Shown here: positions 26,031 through 32,000 of the stretch, in pieces | Position numbering within the stretch: position 1 is the stretch's first letter | How the letters are laid out: each line of letters begins with the position of its first letter | NCBI GenBank assembly: GCA_031256725.1 | Contig: JAIRQE010000021.1 | Location: 180,001 to 212,000 of the forward strand | Reading direction: 5' to 3' | Origin: Propionibacteriaceae bacterium | Lineage (GTDB): Bacteria; Actinomycetota; Actinomycetes; Propionibacteriales; Propionibacteriaceae | Length of the DNA stretch: 32,000 nt | The notes under the pieces: model-generated | What the model saw: only the letters and a program-made list of their open reading frames with translations | What the model was told of the DNA's origin: nothing | The model's database searches: none | Program-made: the position numbers and the translations under genes

Positions 26031-28629
26031 CGAGTTCACGGAAAAAATCCATGGGATGAGGGAGTCTTTGACTCCACCACCTGAGTTGATTTCTCGTGTG
26101 ATGGCTGCCCTGGAGGATCAAGGGCAGCATCATATGGTATCACCTAAGGCTGAAACCTCTTCCACGCCAACGAAGGTGGTCAAGAACCGCAAGCCCTCAG
26201 CGAAACCGAAAACACGCAGGAAGGGCAGGCTCAGTATCCTTGTCGGTGGGGCGACCTCAGTCGTACTAGCCGCACTCATGATGGTACCAATGCCAAGCGG
26301 ATTCCAGGGGTATTGGGATACCAAGGCAGGGGCCTATGTCGAGATCTATAGAGCGATTTCTTCAGTACTAGCGCCCAGGGCTGTCTACACATCCGATGTG
26401 GTCTTCGGCACAGAAGCAATTTCTGAGGAAGCACCAGTTCCTGGGGCTGCTGTGCCTTCAGCAGCGAACGATACGGGCGTTACTGAGAGTACGAATACGA
26501 CGTCGGGTATGCCTGAGTCTGAGGCTGGAGCCTCAGGAACCAATACCCAGGTTGAAGGAATCGATGAGGGTGACATCGTCAAGACTGATGGGGCCAACCT
26601 CTATATCTCCCGGGATTATGGGATCGTTGTGGTTTCTGGTGAGGGAGCCCAATCACGACAATTATCCAAGATTAACCTCAAGGAGCCTGAGACCTCCTTT
26701 GTAGCAGAGATGATGATCACTGGTGAGACTCTTGTCATCTTGGTTCAAGACTATGGTCAACCAGGGTGCTACGCATGTGAGTTTTCGTACGACAGATTGA
26801 AGGCTGTCTTCTACGACATCTCAGATCCGGTGAATCCTAGGTACATCTCGGAGATCACCCAGTCAGGGAATTATGTGACCTCACGCTTGAGTGATGGGGT
26901 AATGTACCTTGTCAGCAACTATTACGTCTACAACGACATTGTTGCTGAGGATCCTTCGACCTATGTACCTATAGTCGATAAGGGAGATGGTCCCACCCCT
27001 ATCCCTGCAGGCGATGTCACGATTCTGTCGTGGGTCAATGCCCCGAGCTATACGGTGGTGACTGCCCTTGACGTGGACAACGCCACAGTCATGAGTGAAC
27101 AATCAATTCTGGGTCAAGCCGATAACGTCTACATGAGCCACGAGAACCTCTACCTGGGGTCTCTAGGGTGGCCGCAGTACGATTCCTACACGGGGAAGCA
27201 GTTGCCCTGGGATGAGGATATGCAGATTCCTGGGTACGACAATCATGGGGGGCAACGTAGTGTCATCGTGAAGATGAGCTTGGGTCAGGGCCACCTCGTG
27301 GTGAAGGAGTCTGGTCTTGTTCCTGGATACTTGCTCAGCCAATTCTCTCTCGACGAGTCGGACGGGTACCTTCGTATAGTGACCACCTGGGAGGACACCA
27401 GCAACGGCAGGTGGGTCCCTGCCGCAGCACTGTGGATCTTGGATTCTTCCATGAAGATGGTGGGATCAATACCCCAATTGGTCACCAATGAGACCGTACG
27501 CTCGGTCAGGTTCGCTGGGCCAGTGGGCTATGTTGTCACCTTCGAACAGGTTGACCCACTGTTCACCATAGACCTGTCGAACCCGCGTGATCCCAGGGTA
27601 CAAAGTGCCCTAAAGATCCCGGGATTCTCCTCGTATCTTCATCCTTTCGGTGACGGGTTGCTCCTAGGAATCGGATCCGATGGTGATGAATCCGGCCTCA
27701 ATGGTGGACTCAAGTTGTCGATGTTCGACGTCTCAGATCCCTACGATGTTTCAGAGGTCGCCGTCACAAAGATTGAGGCCAGCGACACAGAGGTTTCCCG
27801 TACCCATAAGGCTGCCTATGTGGACCTACGTCGAGGTACGATCGGATTCCCCACTGTGACCTGGCCCCCCCTAGGGGAGCCAGTGATTGAGGCACCCCCA
27901 GTCGAGCCCACCGAGGTACCCACGGTAGAACCGACTGAGCCCGCAGGTCTCGTCATGCCCGACATGACTGGTTTTTCCGAGAGTGCGACGGCCACCAAAT
28001 TCTTGGCGGGAGGATTCTCCCTGGATTCGATCAGATGGGTCCTCGAGGATTCCCTACACACTCCAGGTTCAGTCATAAGAACTGATCCTGAGCCAGGAAC
28101 ACCCGTAGCCGCAGACACCATAATCACTGTGTATCTTGCAGAGATTGTCCTCAACGTTGGTGAGGACAGATTCGATCCCCCAAGTCTCATCGGACTTTCA
28201 CATGAGCAAGCCGAGCAGATTCTCACGGATGAGGGATTCACGATTGAGTACGTTACGGTCCCCAATCAGGCCCCAGCGGGGGAGTGGCTTGGTACAACAT
28301 GTGAAAGGCGTAAAGAAGGCGTCTGCCAGTTCTACATCTCCGAAGGGCCCCTCTCCACGGACCCAGACCCCGCCACCTCAAGGGCCACTGCAGTACCACT
28401 GCTCGATGAACTACCCTCCACTATAGAAAGGGAGATCTGGAATTACCGGATCTTCACCTGGGATGGTGCACAGTTCACCCCCACCGCCCAGATGACTCTA
28501 GATGGGGACCATTGGAACTACGCCCGAGGAGTACGGATCGCCGACTTCTTCTACATAGCCACTTCAAACAGTGTCCAAGTCTACGAAATGGATGGGTACA
28601 CCGAACTAGCCAAAGTGGTACTCAGTTAG
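26023..28629 (+). CDS. Putative anti-sigma factor fused to an extracytoplasmic beta-propeller domain (PF09826-like) with two inserted PASTA-like modules
   Basis: The ATG at 26023 has AAGGAGG 6 nt upstream and overlaps the sigma gene stop (ATGTCTGA). A short cytoplasmic N-terminus is followed by one TM ('LSILVGGATSVVLAALMMVPMP'). 'TNTQVEGIDEGDIVKTDGANLYI' is the hallmark start of the Beta_propel family. The PASTA-like segments are at 27949-28143 and 28168-28350. Confidence 0.7.
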   Translation: MSDEFTEKIHGMRESLTPPPELISRVMAALEDQGQHHMVSPKAETSSTPTKVVKNRKPSAKPKTRRKGRLSILVGGATSVVLAALMMVPMPSGFQGYWDTKAGAYVEIYRAISSVLAPRAVYTSDVVFGTEAISEEAPVPGAAVPSAANDTGVTESTNTTSGMPESEAGASGTNTQVEGIDEGDIVKTDGANLYISRDYGIVVVSGEGAQSRQLSKINLKEPETSFVAEMMITGETLVILVQDYGQPGCYACEFSYDRLKAVFYDISDPVNPRYISEITQSGNYVTSRLSDGVMYLVSNYYVYNDIVAEDPSTYVPIVDKGDGPTPIPAGDVTILSWVNAPSYTVVTALDVDNATVMSEQSILGQADNVYMSHENLYLGSLGWPQYDSYTGKQLPWDEDMQIPGYDNHGGQRSVIVKMSLGQGHLVVKESGLVPGYLLSQFSLDESDGYLRIVTTWEDTSNGRWVPAAALWILDSSMKMVGSIPQLVTNETVRSVRFAGPVGYVVTFEQVDPLFTIDLSNPRDPRVQSALKIPGFSSYLHPFGDGLLLGIGSDGDESGLNGGLKLSMFDVSDPYDVSEVAVTKIEASDTEVSRTHKAAYVDLRRGTIGFPTVTWPPLGEPVIEAPPVEPTEVPTVEPTEPAGLVMPDMTGFSESATATKFLAGGFSLDSIRWVLEDSLHTPGSVIRTDPEPGTPVAADTIITVYLAEIVLNVGEDRFDPPSLIGLSHEQAEQILTDEGFTIEYVTVPNQAPAGEWLGTTCERRKEGVCQFYISEGPLSTDPDPATSRATAVPLLDELPSTIEREIWNYRIFTWDGAQFTPTAQMTLDGDHWNYARGVRIADFFYIATSNSVQVYEMDGYTELAKVVLS

Positions 28630-28741
28630 CCCATCAGTGTGGGTCTTGGGAAGCGCCCCCTTGGCCCACAAGATCGTCATGATGACGGTCTGCTGATGAG
28701 TCACCTGCCTCTCCGGCACCAACCATAGATATACACCGATA

Positions 28742-28761
28742 ATCAATAGAAATGTATTGAT
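28742..28761. promoter_or_regulatory. 20-bp palindrome ATCAATA-N6-TATTGAT in an AT-rich promoter region (candidate operator for the YozG-type regulator)
   Basis: Perfect 7-bp inverted arms, read directly, lie 31 nt upstream of the DUF2975 gene ATG. Any operator function is an inference. Confidence 0.35.
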
Positions 28762-28791
28762 AAACGATAAATTCATGGTAAGGTAGTACTC

Positions 28792-29265
28792 ATGGCTGAA
28801 GGATCATGGTGGACTGCGCGTAAGTCCGCAACTCTGTCTATCGTTGTTGCTTGGATGGGACTGGTGATAGGAATTGTACTCATTCCCATGCTGATTCCAG
28901 TGTTAAAGATGATCAGGGTAGAGGGAACCATTTTCGATGATGAGTTTATCCTTCGCGCTGCGGGCCCTTTATATGCCTGTCTAGCTTTCGGAATCGCAGC
29001 AGTTGTCATCCTACTGCGACTATTGGGAGATATCCGTCGTGAAGAGGTTTTCACTCAGGCGAATGTACGACGCCTACGACTGATCTCCTATTGCGGGTTC
29101 GCAATCATGGTGTCCAGCGTATTGGGTGCCATTCTCGCTGTACCTCGTCCCTTTTTCATCATCTTGGGTCTCATCGCAGGGTTCCTGGGTTTGCTGATGC
29201 GCGTTGTGAAGAACGTGATTGATGCAGCTCGGTTGCTTAAAGAAGACGCCGACTACACGATCTGA
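28792..29265 (+). CDS. DUF2975-family membrane protein
   Basis: 157 aa with four TM segments. The conserved 'EEVFTQANVRRLRLISYCGF' motif and the C-terminal 'LKEDADYTI' tail fit DUF2975, and it sits in the usual position upstream of a YozG-type HTH gene. Confidence 0.75.
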   Translation: MAEGSWWTARKSATLSIVVAWMGLVIGIVLIPMLIPVLKMIRVEGTIFDDEFILRAAGPLYACLAFGIAAVVILLRLLGDIRREEVFTQANVRRLRLISYCGFAIMVSSVLGAILAVPRPFFIILGLIAGFLGLLMRVVKNVIDAARLLKEDADYTI

Positions 29266-29274
29266 GAGGGAATC

Positions 29275-29493
29275 ATGTCAATCAATCTCAATCTCGACGT
29301 CGTCATGGCGAAGAGACGTATCCCTGCAGGGGAGCTTGCCCATCGCGTTGGCATAACCCCAGCCAATCTTTCCATCCTCAAGAATAATAAGGCCAAGGCT
29401 ATTCGCTTCTCCACCTTGGAGGCCTTGTGCCGCGAACTCGAATGCCAGCCGGGTGACCTGCTGGAGTACATTGAAGGAGATGACCGTGACTAA
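29275..29493 (+). CDS. YozG-type (Cro/C1, XRE superfamily) helix-turn-helix transcriptional regulator
   Basis: 72 aa. 'NLDVVMAKRRIPAGELAHRVGITPANLSILKNNKAKAIRFSTLEALCRELECQPGDLLEY' is the classic YozG/HTH_26 pattern. Confidence 0.85.
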   Translation: MSINLNLDVVMAKRRIPAGELAHRVGITPANLSILKNNKAKAIRFSTLEALCRELECQPGDLLEYIEGDDRD

Positions 29494-31156
29494 ACCTATC
29501 GCCCCACCTCAGTCCATGGATGCACCTCAGCCCATGGGCATACCTCAGCCCATGAACGCGCATCAACCTCCACCACCGAGTTTTTATGTCTACGAATCAC
29601 AATCTAAGAAGGTCTATCCGGTTGACGCAGCGGAAACGGTACTTGCTCTCGTCGTTGTCATGCTTGGTTTTCTTTTCTGGAATTGGTTCATTCCTCGATC
29701 GGGAGACTGGGCAGTAGCGGGGTCTTCAGCGGATCTTGAGTATGGTGGCTTTTACCCAGATTACTATCCAGGCATCGCGATAACCCTCTTCTTTGTTTTG
29801 GCCCTCGCAACCTCGCTGATCTACTTCCAAGCACGTAAAGTCACCCTCTCACAAGGGGGAATGATCGGCGCAGGGATTGTCTTCCTCTCAGCCCTTCCTT
29901 TCGCAATCTATTCTGCGACCCCTCTGCACTTCTTCGCGATCATCTTCACTTTGGGGCTGTACGTACTGTGGCACGCCTACGCCGCCAACACAGCTATCGC
30001 CAAGTTCCCGGGTGTTCTCACAAGTGCTGATTTGCTCAACCAGACCTTGGTCGTACCCTTCTCCAACATGGGTGCCTGGTTTGCGGGCCTGCGTTCTTTT
30101 GGCCACAAAGGAAAGGGTACCAACCAGGTCATCGCCGCCATCGTGGGGATCATTATCGCAGTCCCCATCTTCGCCATCATCATCGCCTTGCTGGCTTCAG
30201 CCGACGCACAATTCAGCACATGGATTGAGGGGATCGGCGTGTACTTTGAAAACCTGAAGGTGGGGAGGTATGTCCTATGCCTGACCTTCGGGTTCCCTGT
30301 GGGGTTCTATATCTTCGCTCTGCTGTACGGGAATGCTCGTCGCATGGGTACCGAAACCATGACGCCAAAGTCGCTGTTGAGTACTGCTCAAAATGCGCGC
30401 AAGGTGAGTATTGTGGCCGTGGGTACTCCTGTGGCCATCTTGGTGCTAATCTATGGTGTCTTTCTTGCGGCAGTGGTCTCCAATCTCCATAAGACGATGA
30501 CGACAGTCCATAGCCCCGATTTCACCTACGCTGAGTTTGCTCGTCGCGGGTTCTTTGAGTTGGCTGTTGTTGCTGGGATCAATCTCGTGATTCTGGGGTT
30601 CATCTACTTGTTCTGTCAGCGCAAACCTGGGCCTTATCCGGTCTTCTTGAGGGTACTGGGATCAACGATGTCGGCTCTGACCTTGGTGATGGTCGTACTG
30701 TCGATCACGAAAATGCTGATGTATTGGGAGCAGTACGGCCTGACTCGCTTGCGTGTGTACACGATGTGGTTCATGTGTGTGATGTTTGTGGTCTTTGCAC
30801 TGCTTCTCGTGTGGCATCTGCGTCGCTTCAAGGTGGGTACCGCCATTGTGATGGTGATGGGTCTGTCGTTCCTTGGGTTGACATGGGCTAACGTGGACTC
30901 CATTATCGCTAATCACAATGTGGATAGGTACCTCAGTGGTCAGGTGGAGACTATCGATGTGGACTATCTGGGGGAGGATCTCTCGGATGCGGCTGTACCG
31001 GCTTTAATCAGGTTGAGTGAGGATCGTCGTGTTCAGGCTCAAGCCAATAGGGCCCTAGCCATTCGCAGAAGTGAGGGTACCAACATGCTTCCGGCAGGTG
31101 ATGCTCCGTGGACAGCTTGGTCCTGGGAGTCTCATCGGGCACATCAGCTTCTGTAG
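29480..31156 (+). CDS. Large polytopic membrane protein, DUF4153/DUF4173-like
   Basis: About 558 aa with a Pro-rich N-terminus, at least 10 hydrophobic segments and a C-terminal 'NHNVDRYLSG...IDVDYLGEDLSDAAVPALIRL' motif. The start is ATG 29480 or GTG 29486 and overlaps the end of the HTH gene. Confidence 0.7.
   Translation: MTVTKPIAPPQSMDAPQPMGIPQPMNAHQPPPPSFYVYESQSKKVYPVDAAETVLALVVVMLGFLFWNWFIPRSGDWAVAGSSADLEYGGFYPDYYPGIAITLFFVLALATSLIYFQARKVTLSQGGMIGAGIVFLSALPFAIYSATPLHFFAIIFTLGLYVLWHAYAANTAIAKFPGVLTSADLLNQTLVVPFSNMGAWFAGLRSFGHKGKGTNQVIAAIVGIIIAVPIFAIIIALLASADAQFSTWIEGIGVYFENLKVGRYVLCLTFGFPVGFYIFALLYGNARRMGTETMTPKSLLSTAQNARKVSIVAVGTPVAILVLIYGVFLAAVVSNLHKTMTTVHSPDFTYAEFARRGFFELAVVAGINLVILGFIYLFCQRKPGPYPVFLRVLGSTMSALTLVMVVLSITKMLMYWEQYGLTRLRVYTMWFMCVMFVVFALLLVWHLRRFKVGTAIVMVMGLSFLGLTWANVDSIIANHNVDRYLSGQVETIDVDYLGEDLSDAAVPALIRLSEDRRVQAQANRALAIRRSEGTNMLPAGDAPWTAWSWESHRAHQLL
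29506..29559 (+). repeat. 3 x 18-bp imperfect tandem repeat inside the CDS (encodes PQ[SP]M repeats)
   Basis: ACCTCAG[T/C]CCATG recurs at 29506, 29524 and 29542, giving the peptide 'PPQSMDAPQPMGIPQPMNA'. Confidence 0.85.
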
Positions 31157-31280
31157 TGACCTGATAGACTTGTCCTTGGTCCCCCGTACGGCGGTACCTC
31201 CCCCAACCCCTCCAGGGCCGGAAGGCAGCAAAGGTAAGGGAGCTCTACTGGGTGTACGGGGGGCTCTTCTGTTTTCAGGG

Positions 31281-31312
31281 AGAGTCCGAAAATTTCAGAG
31301 AGAGTCCGAAAA
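31281..31312 (+). repeat. Direct repeat AGAGTCCGAAAA x2 with 20-bp periodicity
   Basis: 31281-31292 equals 31301-31312, read directly, within the 440-bp intergenic region upstream of the last gene. Confidence 0.85.
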
Positions 31313-31598
31313 CCTCCTACAAACAATAGAGCTTGCTAGAAAGCGCCCTAGTAGCGCGGGCTTCCGTTCATGAACTGGAAACGTTACCGGAATTATGTTC
31401 ACGCTCACACTTTTCTGGATTTTTTTGAAACCCCTTTCCACAAGGGAAGATAGTAAATTCAGGTCATTTTGCCGTCTGTGATCCTTAGAATTGTCAGTTG
31501 CTTAAGTTCCCCAAAAGCGTAGAGTTATCGACGAAATCATAATAGTTGTGGGTCCCGAGAAAGGGCGCGCAACACAATCGAAGGTTTGGGGGGACGAA

Positions 31599-32000
31599 AT
31601 GTCCACACTGCGGAAAAGTGCCTACGGGCTCGTTGCTGTTGTACTTGCAGCACTTCTTTCACTCTCACTAGTACCTAACGCCCAAGCGGTCGACGGTATT
31701 CCCGTCGCCTTTCCGCTAGGTTCACAGCAGATCTATATCAGCCAAGGTTATGGTGGTGCAAACAACAACGCGTACACGCGGTGGTACACAGCTCAGATGA
31801 ATGCGAATGGGTCCGCGGACCTCGTGCCCGTCTCAAGCGACATGACCATTGATACCCAGATGATCAATGCCCATGGGTACTCTGAACGCGACATGATGAT
31901 CTATGGCATCGGACTTTCGAATTCCGCAGCAACCACGGGTGCTGGTACACGAGAACTCGTTCGAGTTGGGCTCAGTGCAGATGGTACACAGATCGTCACC
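31599..32000 (+). CDS. Secreted protein, N-terminal fragment (continues past the window end)
   Basis: It is absent from the ORF track because no stop lies in the window. The frame from ATG 31599 stays open for 134 codons. Signal peptide 'MSTLRKSAYGLVAVVLAALLSLSLVPNAQA|VDG', with a G-rich RBS-like stretch GGGGGGA upstream. Confidence 0.65.
   Translation, partial: MSTLRKSAYGLVAVVLAALLSLSLVPNAQAVDGIPVAFPLGSQQIYISQGYGGANNNAYTRWYTAQMNANGSADLVPVSSDMTIDTQMINAHGYSERDMMIYGIGLSNSAATTGAGTRELVRVGLSADGTQIVT

Noticed and set aside
1-32000. CRISPR arrays, tRNA/rRNA genes, transposases, integrases or phage genes
   Set aside because: I scanned by eye for regularly spaced repeats, T-loop-like GGTTCGAAT motifs and recombinase motifs in the ORF translations and found none. 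An eye scan cannot exclude small or divergent RNAs.

Overview
The window looks like a chromosomal segment from a moderately GC-rich Actinomycetota genome. The taxon is an inference from gene content: a dnaK-grpE-dnaJ-hspR operon with HAIR operators, a UDPGP-type UGPase, a class I fumarase and a succinate/acetate CoA-transferase. I support about 27 protein-coding genes. On the minus strand these include an IclR regulator and a two-gene surface operon (an alpha/alpha-toroid protein plus a DUF4430 lipoprotein) sitting behind a leader that matches the cobalamin riboswitch core. Then come a UGPase, a 58-aa winged-helix protein, class I fumarate hydratase, an AI-2E transporter, RarD, and CorA preceded by an M-box-like leader. 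These are followed by dCMP deaminase, the HspR-controlled chaperone operon, a membrane protein, a CoA-transferase with a tightly abutting downstream membrane protein gene, and an LLM oxidoreductase. An M20 peptidase is bracketed by two inverted copies of a ~155-165 bp repeat with an 88-bp perfect core. The last third is a cell-envelope cluster: a BceAB-type ABC transporter; an ECF sigma factor with an anti-sigma factor fused to a beta-propeller that carries two PASTA-like modules; a DUF2975 / YozG-type HTH / DUF4153-like triad; and the 5' end of a secreted protein gene. I found no rRNA, tRNA, CRISPR array or transposase. The leads I rank highest are the B12-riboswitch-controlled split transcobalamin-like surface pair, the PASTA-containing beta-propeller anti-sigma factor next to a BceAB transporter with no two-component system, the inverted-repeat-bracketed peptidase cassette, and a long-range RNA stem between grpE and dnaJ. 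Lower-ranked leads include a Cys-rich insertion in GrpE and an apparent window-wide GTAC excess. All domain and family calls rest on motif recognition by eye, not on database searches.
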